From Escherichia phage HP3: 64,000 nt of DNA. Location: sequence record NC_041919.1. One strand, written 5' to 3'. The notes under the pieces were generated by a model. That model was not told the origin of the DNA, did no database searches, and saw only the letters and a program-made list of their open reading frames with translations. Shown piece after piece: positions 48,604-58,218 of this stretch; position 1 is the first letter of the stretch, and each line of letters opens with the position of its first letter. The position numbers were made by a program, and so were the translations under genes.

Positions 48604-50302
48604 TTGTGTATTGACCAGATGAAATAGAACTCATAGATGCCATTTTTTCTGTCCAATCACCACCAACGTCCCAATCAACTGTCCCAGCAACTTTCCAAGA
48701 AAGATTTCCATTTACTGTGTTAGTTTGATTTCCTTCAACTAAAGTGGTAGCATCTCCTTTAACTGTAATGTCAGCATTACCTTCAACTACAATAGTAACA
48801 TTACCTTTAACTAGGATAGTTCCATTGCCTTCAACAGTTTTCGTTTCGTCGCCACGTACAAATATTGTATTGCTTCCATCTATCTGGTGAAGACGATTAT
48901 CCATGTTGTAATAAATTTCTGATCCACCGACGTTAGTCTTTTTATCACCGGCTACCAAAAAATTACCATCAGCGTTGGTTATATCATACAAATTATCAAC
49001 AGTTTTTCTTGTTCTTCTTCCTGACGGTGATACTTCTTCATAAGTTCCAGTTGGATGAACTAATCTGTATCGTTCTTGCCCAGGGGTATCATCAAATTCC
49101 TGAATATGTCCACTTTCAGTTTCCATTGTATGCACATAAGGATATTCACCTTTATATGAAGAAACTGGTTCTTTGAATAAAATTCTCGAGTCATTTGGAA
49201 TAGGAGGGTCAGCAGGGTCAGAAGATTTAGCTACAGTAGCAGCCATTGCTGATAGAGACCTAGCTGGGGTTTTCACTTCAACGCCATATGATTCTAAATT
49301 TCCCGTAAGAATAATCATGGTAACACGGGATGCACGGCCTTTTGTTTGTTGATACCATAATGAATCACGACCGGCTTTATACGCTTTTTCCCAATCTCCT
49401 GCTAACATAGCAGTTAACATTGTGTTAAATTTAGCTACACCACCAACACCCATCTGAAATGCCATATTTTCTAACGCCATTTGACGAGAACGGTTGACAG
49501 CTTGCCAGACTGGTCCTACTTTAGAATGTGATTTAATGTCCCGTTGCATATCAGCCAAATCACGTTCAAATAAAGTCGTCGCCTCTTCCATCGTAATAGA
49601 ACCTGGGTTTCCAGTAATTTCACGACCAACTTGTTTTGATAAAACTTTATTAATTTGAGCCATATCACGAACTGGCTGCTTCATGATAAGATGACCAATA
49701 CCAATTGTCGGATATCCTTCGGTATCCCAATAAACTTTTAATCTTAATCCTTCATCACGGCGAAGCATTTCAGCCATTGACATATTTGGATTATCATCGG
49801 TTGGAATCTCTGATAGTGGTCTATCATCGGGATTTATTGCAGTGTCTAAGTTACTATCTTGGATAATGTTAGAAGACGAATCATATCCTACTTCTCCGCC
49901 TTGGTTTAATACATTAGTATCATTTCCTAAACGTCTAGGATATTGCCCAGTTGGGTCAGAAAATCCTTCAAGTCTATTCGGTTTTTCGCGAACTATTCCA
50001 CCATACGTGCCAAGGACAATTCCGTTAGTTTTCCATTTGTCTAAAAAATGACCATAAACTCTAGTTCCTTCTACCGGTCCAGTAACAGAACCTCCAATTC
50101 CAGACATTGCTGCAGAAGTTATAGGTTGAATAACTGACATCCATGGTAATTTTTCAGTTGGAATACCCATTACATCGCCTTGTGCTCTTTGAGGTGGATG
50201 CAGACCAACCACACGAACACGAACACGACCTAATTTTAATGGGTCCATTCTATCTTCAACAACACCAACAAACCAATTAAGGTTATTACTTATCATTTCC
50301 AT
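48575..50302 (-). CDS. 5: baseplate central spike with lysozyme domain (gp5)
   Basis: 575 aa, same as T4 gp5; lysozyme-like segment EGLRLKVYWDTEGYPTIGIGHL paralogous to gene e; C-terminal VxGxxxxxV beta-helix repeats. Confidence 0.95.
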   Translation of the reverse strand: MEMISNNLNWFVGVVEDRMDPLKLGRVRVRVVGLHPPQRAQGDVMGIPTEKLPWMSVIQPITSAAMSGIGGSVTGPVEGTRVYGHFLDKWKTNGIVLGTYGGIVREKPNRLEGFSDPTGQYPRRLGNDTNVLNQGGEVGYDSSSNIIQDSNLDTAINPDDRPLSEIPTDDNPNMSMAEMLRRDEGLRLKVYWDTEGYPTIGIGHLIMKQPVRDMAQINKVLSKQVGREITGNPGSITMEEATTLFERDLADMQRDIKSHSKVGPVWQAVNRSRQMALENMAFQMGVGGVAKFNTMLTAMLAGDWEKAYKAGRDSLWYQQTKGRASRVTMIILTGNLESYGVEVKTPARSLSAMAATVAKSSDPADPPIPNDSRILFKEPVSSYKGEYPYVHTMETESGHIQEFDDTPGQERYRLVHPTGTYEEVSPSGRRTRKTVDNLYDITNADGNFLVAGDKKTNVGGSEIYYNMDNRLHQIDGSNTIFVRGDETKTVEGNGTILVKGNVTIVVEGNADITVKGDATTLVEGNQTNTVNGNLSWKVAGTVDWDVGGDWTEKMASMSSISSGQYTIDGSRIDIG

Positions 50303-50876
50303 AAGATTTCTCCATTATACGTATAAGGTCGTTCATAAATGAATTAATGTCTGATTTTGCTATTATTTTTATTTGACGAAGTTTTTCATTTTCAAGAACA
50401 GCATCTTCATACGTATTAACAGCAGCAAGTGCTCCTTCATATTGAGGATATTTTCTAGCTTTATCACCTTTATCATACCAAACATATGGATTATCATCGT
50501 ATGATATTAAATTATAAAATTTTTCACCGTTCTCATTCACATGATATACTATTTGGTCTCCACCTACATTTTTGTATTTTTGTATAGATGCTTGATAAGC
50601 TGCTTCTTGTGAAGTAATCCATCCATAATACGGGTCATAATTATCATTACACATCAATAAAACCCAATACAACTGTGGATTTCCATATATAGTATTTGCT
50701 AATTCTTCCGGGCGTGGTGAACCTTTGATATAATAAGTACGTAAGCGGTATCCCGCAAGAGCGCGTTTAAAATAGTCTTTATAGTTTCTAAAAATATCTG
50801 TCATAGGAATAGTCGGCGCGTTTTTATTCACCGTTTTGGCCGCATATTCAATCGGATCAAAAAATGTAAAGAGCAT
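50286..50876 (-). CDS. 53: baseplate wedge protein (gp53)
   Basis: 196 aa, same as T4 gp53. Confidence 0.85.
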   Translation of the reverse strand: MLFTFFDPIEYAAKTVNKNAPTIPMTDIFRNYKDYFKRALAGYRLRTYYIKGSPRPEELANTIYGNPQLYWVLLMCNDNYDPYYGWITSQEAAYQASIQKYKNVGGDQIVYHVNENGEKFYNLISYDDNPYVWYDKGDKARKYPQYEGALAAVNTYEDAVLENEKLRQIKIIAKSDINSFMNDLIRIMEKSYGNDK

Positions 50877-50889
50877 GGGCCCTCCTGTT

Positions 50890-50913
50890 TATAAATATAT
50901 TATCTATTTATAA
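50890..50913. promoter_or_regulatory. divergent late promoter boxes (TATAAATA plus strand for gene 4; TATTTATA for gene 53)
   Basis: tataaata at 50890-50897 and tatttata at 50906-50913 in the 53/4 divergent intergenic region. Confidence 0.45.
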
Positions 50914-50923
50914 GGAGAATCCA

Positions 50924-51376
50924 ATGGCATATTCTGGAAAATGGGTTCCTAAAAATATATCAAAGTATAGAGGTGACCCTAAAAAAATTACGTATAGATC
51001 AAATTGGGAAAAATTCTTTTTTGAATGGTTAGATAAAAATCCAGAAATTATTGCATGGGGTAGTGAAACAGCAGTAATTCCTTATTTTTGTAATGCAGAA
51101 GGGAAAAAACGTAGATACTTCATGGATATTTGGATGAAAGATTCTTCTGGACAAGAATTTTTTATTGAAATAAAACCTAAAAAAGAAACACAACCACCAG
51201 TTAAACCGGCACATCTAACAACTGCAGCGAAGAAAAGATTTATGAATGAAATTTATACATATTCCGTTAATACTGACAAATGGAAAGCAGCGCAATCTTT
51301 AGCTGAAAAGCGTGGAATAAAATTTAGAATTCTGACAGAAGATGGATTACGAGCTCTTGGCTTTAAGGGGGCATAA
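50924..51376 (+). CDS. 4: head completion protein (gp4)
   Basis: 150 aa, same as T4 gp4; RBS aaggag. Confidence 0.85.
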
Positions 51377-52200
51377 TGGCTATTTTTCAAATAATTAATG
51401 AAAGCACTCCCCAAGTTCCAAAGGTTAAGCAATCATTAAACGAAAAGAAATGGATTCAGATAGGTCTTGAATATAAAAAGGCCAAAGCAAAAGGAATGAC
51501 AGGAAAGCAATTTGCTGAAGAAAGAGGAATCAAATACTCTACGTTTACTTCAGCAATGTCAAAATATGCTTCAGGAATTAAAACGGCTGAAAAGATTCAA
51601 AAGCTTGAATCAAAACCAATGAATAAACTCAATAAGCAAGAAAGACAACTGCTTATGATAAATTCATTCAGACAAACATTGCGTGATAAAATTCGTAATG
51701 AAGGTGCAGCAATTAATAATAAAACCAGAAAGTGGTTTGCTGAAACTATTAAGCAAGTAAAAGGACATAAAGTTGTTCGCCCGCAGCCGGGACGAATATA
51801 TGCTTTTGCTTATGATGCTAAACACAAGGAAACTCTTCCTTACTGGGATAAATTTCCTTTAATAATTTACCTTGGTTTAGGTAAACATAATTTAATGTAC
51901 GGATTAAACTTGCACTATATTCCACCTAAAGCTCGTCAGCAATTTCTAGAAGAGCTTTTAAAGCAATATGCAAATACACCTACTATTACTAATAAAACGA
52001 AATTAAAAATTGATTGGAGTCAAGTGAAAGGATTTAGGGGTGCAGACCAAATGATTAAGGCATATATACCTGGTAATATTATGGGTAGCCTTGTTGAAAT
52101 CGCCCCGAAAGACTGGGCGAACGTTGTGTTAATGCCACTTCAGCAGTTCGTTTCAAAAGGAAAACGTTTCTCTGCAAACAAAGTCTGGTCAAATATCTAA
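51376..52200 (+). CDS. 2: DNA end protector protein (gp2)
   Basis: 274 aa, same as T4 gp2. Confidence 0.85.
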
Positions 52201-52306
52201 TTCTATTATCTTCCATTCTTTTCTATTGTTTGTTCTAATTGGAATTGAATGGAAGGGACTTAGACCCATTATACCACCAACATTTATAAAGCATTATGAG
52301 GAATAT

Positions 52307-52837
52307 ATGTCGCAAGCACTGCAACAAATTTTTAACCAAGCAAATACAACTAACTTTGTAGTATCAATACCACATAGTAATACTACATCTGCTTTTACTT
52401 TAAATGCTCAGTCAGTTCCTATTCCAGGAATTAGGATACCTGTTACTGATACCGTGACTGGGCCGTTTGGACTAGGCAGAGCACAACGTCCAGGAGTTAC
52501 ATTTGAATACGATCCACTCATCGTGAGATTTATAGTTGACGAAGAGCTTAAGTCGTGGATAGGAATGTATGAATGGATGCTAGGAACTAGTAACTATCTT
52601 ACAGGCGAAAATACTGCCCAAAAAACAGGTCCTGAATACATTACGCTTTACATTTTAGATAATAGTAAAACTGAAATCGTGATGTCAATAAATTTTTATA
52701 AGCCTTGGGTTTCTGACCTGTCTGAAGTAGAATTTAGCTACACGGAAGATTCAGACCCAGCTTTAGTATGCACAGCAACGATTCCTTATACGTATTTTCA
52801 AGTAGAAAAAGATGGCAAAATTATAGCAGAAGTTTAA
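52307..52837 (+). CDS. 3: tail completion / sheath stabiliser protein (gp3)
   Basis: track ORF of 203 aa trimmed to the internal ATG at 52307 with RBS gagga, giving 176 aa as in T4 gp3. Confidence 0.8.
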   Translation: MSQALQQIFNQANTTNFVVSIPHSNTTSAFTLNAQSVPIPGIRIPVTDTVTGPFGLGRAQRPGVTFEYDPLIVRFIVDEELKSWIGMYEWMLGTSNYLTGENTAQKTGPEYITLYILDNSKTEIVMSINFYKPWVSDLSEVEFSYTEDSDPALVCTATIPYTYFQVEKDGKIIAEV

Positions 52838-52886
52838 TGCTTCAGTTTCATGTGTTATAATCTTAACTAAATTTGAGGAGAAACAC

Positions 52887-53611
52887 ATGAAACTAATCTT
52901 TTTAAGTGGTGTAAAGCGTAGTGGAAAAGATACTACTGCAGATTTTATCATGAATAATTATTCTGCAGTTAAATATCAACTTGCTGGTCCTATTAAAGAT
53001 GCATTGGCTTATGCATGGGGTGTATTTGCAGCAAACACTGACTATCCTTGCTTAACTCGTAGAGAGTTTGAAGGAATTGACTATGATCGTGAGACTAATT
53101 TGAATTTGACTAAATTAGAAGTAATTATGATTATGGAACAAGCATTTTGCTATCTTAATGGTAAAAGCCCAATTAAAGGTGTGTTTGTTTTTGATGACGA
53201 AGGAAAAGAATCAGTTAATTTCGTAGCATTTAACAAAATTACTGACGTTATAAATAATATTGAAGATCAATGGTCAGTCCGTCGTCTGATGCAAGCCCTA
53301 GGTACGGATTTGATTGTTAATAACTTCGACCGCATGTACTGGGTAAAATTATTTTCTTTAGATTATCTTGATAAATTTAACTCAGGTTATGATTATTATA
53401 TCGTTCCTGATACCCGTCAAGATCATGAAATGGATGCGGCTAGGGCGATGGGTGCTACAGTAATTCATGTAGTTCGTCCTGGCCAAAAATCCAATGATAC
53501 ACATATTACAGAAGCTGGATTGCCAATTCGTGATGGCGATTTAGTAATTACAAACGATGGTTCTCTTGAAGAACTTTTTTCTAAAATTAAAAATACACTA
53601 AAGGTACTATA

Positions 53612-53612
<1 letters not shown>
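52887..53612 (+). CDS. 1: deoxynucleoside monophosphate kinase (gp1)
   Basis: 241 aa, same as T4 gp1; P-loop GVKRSGKDT. Confidence 0.9.
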
Positions 53613-54297
<685 letters not shown>

Positions 54298-54309
54298 TTT
54301 CACAAAGTT

Positions 54310-54339
54310 GTTTACATACTGATGAGGTAGTGATACTAT
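54310..54339 (+). promoter_or_regulatory. sigma70/T4 early-type promoter (GTTTACA, 17 nt, TACTAT) with -10 inside an inverted repeat
   Basis: gtttaca at 54310-54316 and tactat at 54334-54339; flanked by inverted repeat gatgaggta / tacctcatc. Confidence 0.55.
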
Positions 54340-54370
54340 TACCTCATCAAAATTAATTAGGAAAATAAAA

Positions 54371-54628
54371 ATGAAAACTTTCAAAGAGTTTGCTACAAAA
54401 ACTACTATCACTGAATCTTCCCACGGTATGGAAGTAAAGCTTGGAATGGCTTTAGCTGAAGCTGAGCGTCTTTTCTCTCGTATTAAAGAACTTGCTGCTG
54501 CGGTCGATCCTTCATCTTTTAAAGGAGACCAAACTAAAGTTAAAGCACTTTTAGCATTATGCTCCGATGCAGGAGAAATTGCTAAAAATGGTTCTAAGAT
54601 GAAGAAACGATTAGAAGATTTAAAATAA
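54371..54628 (+). CDS. internal-protein-like gene with N-terminal capsid targeting sequence
   Basis: 85 aa; N-terminus MKTFKEFATKTTITE resembles the T4 IP capsid targeting sequence (MKTYQEFIAE) with a gp21-type L/I-x-E site; RBS aggaaa. Confidence 0.6.
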   Translation: MKTFKEFATKTTITESSHGMEVKLGMALAEAERLFSRIKELAAAVDPSSFKGDQTKVKALLALCSDAGEIAKNGSKMKKRLEDLK

Positions 54629-54640
54629 TTTCACAAAGTT

Positions 54641-54670
54641 GTTTACATAGGGTTTTAGTTGTGATACTAT
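54641..54670 (+). promoter_or_regulatory. sigma70/T4 early-type promoter, second copy of the cassette
   Basis: tcacaaagttgtttacata ... gtgatactatta nearly identical to the copy at 54301; inverted repeat atagggt / accctat around the -10. Confidence 0.55.
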
Positions 54671-54704
54671 TACCCTATCAAAACAAAACCAAATGGAAAT
54701 CAAA

Positions 54705-54938
54705 ATGAAAACTTACCAAGAATTTATTGCTGAAACTGCTGATGTAAAAGTTGAGTTTATTTACATTGGCAAGAAAGATAAAATGGGTGAAATGCCTCAT
54801 GGAGTTCTTCGTGATGCATTAGATAATTTCGGTCAACTCGCCGCAGAAGATTACGGTGATAAAATTGTTGTTACTGGTCCTGCTGCAGTTATTGAAAAAT
54901 GGGCAGCAGAAAATAAATCAATTTTTCGTAAAAAATAA
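54705..54938 (+). CDS. internal-protein-like gene with canonical capsid targeting sequence
   Basis: N-terminus MKTYQEFIAE is identical to the T4 internal protein CTS; the track ORF begins 4 codons upstream (54693); 77 aa. Confidence 0.65.
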   Translation: MKTYQEFIAETADVKVEFIYIGKKDKMGEMPHGVLRDALDNFGQLAAEDYGDKIVVTGPAAVIEKWAAENKSIFRKK

Positions 54939-54968
54939 GTTTACTTTTAGATAGGGTAGTGATACTAT
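54939..54968 (+). promoter_or_regulatory. sigma70/T4 early-type promoter, third copy
   Basis: gtttac ... gtgatactatta with inverted repeat agatagggta / taccctatct. Confidence 0.5.
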
Positions 54969-54996
54969 TACCCTATCTACTACTGAGGAGAATAAA

Positions 54997-55182
54997 ATGA
55001 AACGTTGTGAATTAATTCGAAATGTTGCTATTGCAATTTCTGCTTCCGCTTTTAGTTTTTCAATGTTTGTTGGATTTATATGTGGATTATTGACTACAGC
55101 AGAAAATGTGTTTTCACTTGTAGTAGCATTTTTAATTGGTTTAATTGCTATTGTTATGGATAAAATTTCTAAAGGTGAATAA
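54997..55182 (+). CDS. small hydrophobic membrane protein
   Basis: 61 aa with two hydrophobic helices; RBS gaggag. Confidence 0.5.
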   Translation: MKRCELIRNVAIAISASAFSFSMFVGFICGLLTTAENVFSLVVAFLIGLIAIVMDKISKGE

Positions 55183-55580
55183 TGAACGTTGAATATTATG
55201 TATATGCGGATTACGAAAATAATCCGTCTAAAGATGAAGATAATCGTTTAGGTGTAGATGCTTTCGATTCCCCTGCGGCGGCATGGCAATGGGTTGAAAG
55301 AACCGATATTCCTTACCGTTATATTGAAGTGGTTGACCACGCAGGAAACAAGTATCCTAAGGAAGCATATGTTGCTTCCGGGAAGGTAAATTTCCTTTTG
55401 TTTGCAGGTGATAATTATTATCCCCGTGGTGGGTATACCGATTTAATTGCTAAAGCATTCTCTGAAGATGAACTCCGTGACATTATCAAAGAAAATGAAA
55501 ACAAACCGATGGATTCTAATCGCTTTGATTGGTGGCAAATCGTAAATGCTAATACTCACACTATTGTTGATGAAGGCTGA
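55182..55580 (+). CDS. hypothetical protein
   Basis: 132-aa ORF, ATGA-coupled to the upstream gene. Confidence 0.5.
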   Translation: MNVEYYVYADYENNPSKDEDNRLGVDAFDSPAAAWQWVERTDIPYRYIEVVDHAGNKYPKEAYVASGKVNFLLFAGDNYYPRGGYTDLIAKAFSEDELRDIIKENENKPMDSNRFDWWQIVNANTHTIVDEG

Positions 55581-55582
55581 TA

Positions 55583-55870
55583 ATGATTCTTTATGCGAAA
55601 GTATCATCCATTGAAAATGGATATAAATATGATCAAGACGCGGCTAAAGCTTTGATTGATGATTATGGCATTTTAACATGTTTTGAAGTTGAAAAGGTTT
55701 ACATTGACCGTTCATCTTCTCAAGTTAAATTAGTGAAGGAAGAACGTAAATTTAATACAGTAAATTTTGATTTCTTTATTGAAACAGAAAAAGGTCCTCT
55801 TGAATATGATATTTTCAAGAATCCTTTGGGTCTTGAATGCATCGTAAATATGTATTATTATAAATGGTAA
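55583..55870 (+). CDS. hypothetical protein
   Basis: 95-aa ORF. Confidence 0.45.
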   Translation: MILYAKVSSIENGYKYDQDAAKALIDDYGILTCFEVEKVYIDRSSSQVKLVKEERKFNTVNFDFFIETEKGPLEYDIFKNPLGLECIVNMYYYKW

Positions 55871-55967
55871 ATATGCTTTAAGAATTATTTGTTATTATTA
55901 ACTCATATCGCACTGATTAATACCCTCTATCATCAAGGGTTCTTGCTTAAGAGCCTTTGTTAATAAT

Positions 55968-56040
55968 TGGGAATTAGCCAAGTTGGTAAGGCACTGGATT
56001 TTGATTCCAGGATGCAAAGGTTCGAGTCCTTTATTCCCAG
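55968..56040 (+). tRNA. tRNA-Gln (anticodon TTG)
   Basis: cloverleaf read by eye: acceptor tgggaat/attccca, anticodon loop ttTTGat, T-loop ttcgagt. Confidence 0.8.
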
Positions 56041-56041
56041 C

Positions 56042-56128
56042 GCGAGAATGGCCAAATTGGTAAAGGCACAGCACTTAAAATGCTGCGGAATGATTTCCTT
56101 GTGGGTTCGAGTCCCACTTCTCGCACCA
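56042..56128 (+). tRNA. tRNA-Leu (anticodon TAA), long variable arm
   Basis: acceptor gcgagaa/ttctcgc, anticodon loop ctTAAaa, T-arm tgggttcgagtccca, encoded CCA. Confidence 0.8.
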
Positions 56129-56133
56129 AATTT

Positions 56134-56207
<74 letters not shown>

Positions 56208-56217
56208 ATTTAATTTA

Positions 56218-56291
56218 CTCCGTGTAGCTCAGTTTGGTAGAGCGTCTGCTTTGGGAGCAGAATGTCGTAGGTTCAAATCCTGCCACGGAGA
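56218..56291 (+). tRNA. tRNA-Pro (anticodon TGG)
   Basis: acceptor ctccgtg/cacggag, anticodon stem tctgc/gcaga with loop ttTGGga, T-loop ttcaaat. Confidence 0.8.
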
Positions 56292-56293
56292 CT

Positions 56294-56383
56294 GGAGGCG
56301 TGGCAGAGTGGTTTAATGCACCGGTCTTGAAAACCGGCAGTCGCTCCGGCGACTCATAGGTTCAAATCCTATCGCCTCCGCCA
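56294..56383 (+). tRNA. tRNA-Ser (anticodon TGA), long variable arm
   Basis: acceptor ggaggcg/cgcctcc, anticodon stem ccggt/accgg with loop ctTGAaa, encoded CCA. Confidence 0.8.
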
Positions 56384-56388
56384 GTTTT

Positions 56389-56464
56389 GCTGATTTAGCT
56401 CAGTAGGTAGAGCAACTCACTTGTAATGAGAAGGTCGGCGGTTCGATTCCGTCAATCAGCACCA
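56389..56464 (+). tRNA. tRNA-Thr (anticodon TGT)
   Basis: acceptor gctgatt/aatcagc, anticodon loop ctTGTaa, T-arm ggcggttcgattccgtc, encoded CCA. Confidence 0.8.
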
Positions 56465-56465
56465 A

Positions 56466-56540
56466 GGCCCTGTAGCTGGAAGGTTCAAGCAAGCGACTCA
56501 TAATCGCCAGATGGTGGTTCAATTCCACCCAGGGCCACCA
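56466..56540 (+). tRNA. tRNA-Ile (anticodon CAT, presumably lysidine-modified as in T4; formally Met-like)
   Basis: acceptor ggccctg/cagggcc, anticodon loop ctCATaa, T-loop ttcaatt, encoded CCA. Confidence 0.7.
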
Positions 56541-56549
56541 AATTAATTT

Positions 56550-56636
56550 GGGGAGTTATCCCGTAGAGGTAGCGGTGTGGACTGTAAATTCATTGTCATT
56601 GCGACTCGGGTGGTTCGACTCCACCACTCCCCACCA
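56550..56636 (+). tRNA. tRNA-Tyr (anticodon GTA), long variable arm
   Basis: acceptor ggggagt/actcccc, anticodon stem gtgga/ttcat (two G-U pairs) with loop ctGTAaa, T-arm gggtggttcgactccacc, encoded CCA. Confidence 0.65.
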
Positions 56637-56640
56637 ATTT

Positions 56641-56715
56641 GGATGTGTAGCTCAATGGCAGAGCGATCGCCTGTTAAGCGATTGGTTATAGGTTCGAATC
56701 CTATCACGTCCGCCA
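56641..56715 (+). tRNA. tRNA-Asn (anticodon GTT)
   Basis: acceptor ggatgtg/cacgtcc, anticodon stem atcgc/gcgat with loop ctGTTaa, T-arm ataggttcgaatcctat, encoded CCA. Confidence 0.75.
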
Positions 56716-56829
56716 AATTTGTGACAACTGTCACATTAATATCTACTTGACGCGATTATAGGGGTTGAACTGATCACTCTTCTCTTAATTTCGTGTGAAG
56801 ACATCTTGATTGTTGGAGTAGGTATTAAT

Positions 56830-56905
56830 GTGGCCGTAGTTCAGTTGGTAGAACTCGAGATTGTGATTCTCGTAGTCATGGGTTCGACTCCCATCGGTCA
56901 CCCCA
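56830..56905 (+). tRNA. tRNA-His (anticodon GTG)
   Basis: acceptor gtggccg/cggtcac, D-arm gttcagttggtagaac, anticodon stem cgaga/tctcg with loop ttGTGat, T-arm atgggttcgactcccat, encoded CCA. Confidence 0.75.
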
Positions 56906-56909
56906 ATTA

Positions 56910-56985
56910 CGGGGCATAGCTCAGAAGGAAGAGCAAGGACCTTCTAAGTCCTAGGTCGTAGGTTCGATCCCTACTGCCTCGACCA
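56910..56985 (+). tRNA. tRNA-Arg (anticodon TCT)
   Basis: acceptor cggggca/tgcctcg, anticodon stem aggac/gtcct with loop ctTCTaa, T-arm gtaggttcgatccctac, encoded CCA. Confidence 0.8.
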
Positions 56986-57003
56986 ATTATAAGTGAGGAA
57001 AAT

Positions 57004-57354
57004 ATGAAAGGTAATGTTTATTTAGTAGTTCATGATTTAACATTCTATTTTAATCATAATGATACTGTTATTTCTGAACGTGTAATTAATTTGCTTTATC
57101 AGCATGCAGATTATGTTTATGTCGAAAACGAATATGGTCATTGGCAATTTCTCAAAAATCGTTCATTTGGTTTAGATGGTTACAAATATTTTGATCGTAA
57201 AGACCTTTTAGATACAATTCCGTTATCTACACAATATCAAAATCATAAGTCTTTACATAAATGCCGGCTAATTCGAAATGCTGAATCCGCGTATGAAGCA
57301 ATTGATTTGTGGCGTAAACGCCGTGAATATATTGATTCTTTAAAAGAATATTAA
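57004..57354 (+). CDS. hypothetical protein
   Basis: 116-aa ORF starting 19 nt after tRNA-Arg with RBS gaggaaaat. Confidence 0.5.
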   Translation: MKGNVYLVVHDLTFYFNHNDTVISERVINLLYQHADYVYVENEYGHWQFLKNRSFGLDGYKYFDRKDLLDTIPLSTQYQNHKSLHKCRLIRNAESAYEAIDLWRKRREYIDSLKEY

Positions 57355-57518
57355 GAAACCGGGTCGCTACCGGTAAGTCGTCGGACTGATGTTCCCTGGA
57401 GTATAGTTTCCTCCCACAGTTTTACTGTGTTCTGGCTCTTTACTATCACAGCAGAAACGGCGCACCGAATTATCGATTCGAGGAAATATCTTTGCCGTAA
57501 GCCGAGTAGCGTTTTTGA

Positions 57519-57612
57519 CGGAACGTTCGGATATGGTCGAGATATGGCCTTTTAAAAATATTGAGTAGCGTCAACTACTTAATAACCGGGTTCGAATCCC
57601 GGCGTTTCGTAC
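57519..57612 (+). ncRNA. candidate tRNA-like element or pseudo-tRNA (not foldable by eye into a full cloverleaf)
   Basis: canonical T-arm ccgggttcgaatcccgg at 57586-57602; possible acceptor pairing cggaacg (57519-57525) with cgtttcg (57603-57609); lies in a 380-nt segment with no ORF of 60 aa or more. Confidence 0.3.
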
Positions 57613-57662
57613 AAACACTTGCCTTAGCAGGTGGAACCCCGACAAGGTTGCCGCAAGGCTTA

Positions 57663-57689
57663 GCCCCGACCGAAAGGTTGGGGCTTTTT
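57663..57689 (+). terminator. intrinsic terminator gccccgaccgaaaggttggggc plus T5 (copy 1)
   Basis: 9-bp GC-rich stem, GAAA loop, then ttttt. Confidence 0.65.
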
Positions 57690-57691
57690 GG

Positions 57692-57699
57692 TATAAATA
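57692..57699 (+). promoter_or_regulatory. late promoter box TATAAATA
   Basis: exact TATAAATA 38 nt upstream of the ATG at 57738. Confidence 0.5.
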
Positions 57700-57737
57700 T
57701 TAGTATATTAAATCTACAAATTAAAATAGGAAATAAG

Positions 57738-58211
57738 ATGAAATCATATACTCAATTTTTAAATGAAGCGGTGTTAAATGAAGCATCTAGCACCGAAATT
57801 CAAGCTGTTGCAAAAGCTGCCATTGCCGCGGGTAAATATTCCTATAAAGATGCTTCTGATGAATCGCGATTCCAGTTTGCACGCGACATGAAAGCGGAAG
57901 GATTTACGGGAAATGCAGTTAGTATGGCCTGGAAAAGTTTAGTTGCTACTGGCGCTGCTTTTGCAAAGGCTTCGGGTAAACCTGCTCCTAAAGCAGATCC
58001 TAAAGCGGCACAAGAAAAAAATATCGTTAAAGGAATTATCGCTAAATATGAAGCTATCCTTAAAGAGCTTTTAGTAATCAAAACCGAAGGCCAAAAGTTA
58101 GCCCGTGCTTATAGTTTCAAAGATAATCCACATGTTCACTCTCTTGAGTATGTTGAAGACATCCAAAAAATTATTAAAGACCGCATTTGGTCTGCTAAAC
58201 AAATCAAATGA
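57738..58211 (+). CDS. internal-protein-like gene with capsid targeting sequence
   Basis: 157 aa from the ATG at 57738 (RBS tagga); N-terminus MKSYTQFLNEA resembles the IP CTS; the track ORF (57561) is an unsupported N-terminal extension across the terminator and promoter. Confidence 0.6.
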   Translation: MKSYTQFLNEAVLNEASSTEIQAVAKAAIAAGKYSYKDASDESRFQFARDMKAEGFTGNAVSMAWKSLVATGAAFAKASGKPAPKADPKAAQEKNIVKGIIAKYEAILKELLVIKTEGQKLARAYSFKDNPHVHSLEYVEDIQKIIKDRIWSAKQIK

Positions 58212-58218
58212 CATTCTT

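Noticed and set aside
55943-55967. Possible MotA-box middle promoter (ttgcttaa, spacer, taataat) directly upstream of tRNA-Gln
   Set aside because: The -10 would abut the tRNA 5' end, putting the start inside the tRNA; geometry inconsistent, so not called
56543-56734. 63-aa minus-strand ORF
   Set aside because: Overlaps tRNA-Tyr and tRNA-Asn; spurious
57561-57737. N-terminal 59-codon extension of the 216-aa ORF
   Set aside because: The extension runs through an intrinsic terminator and a late promoter and lacks an RBS; the ATG at 57738 with RBS and CTS-like N-terminus is the credible start
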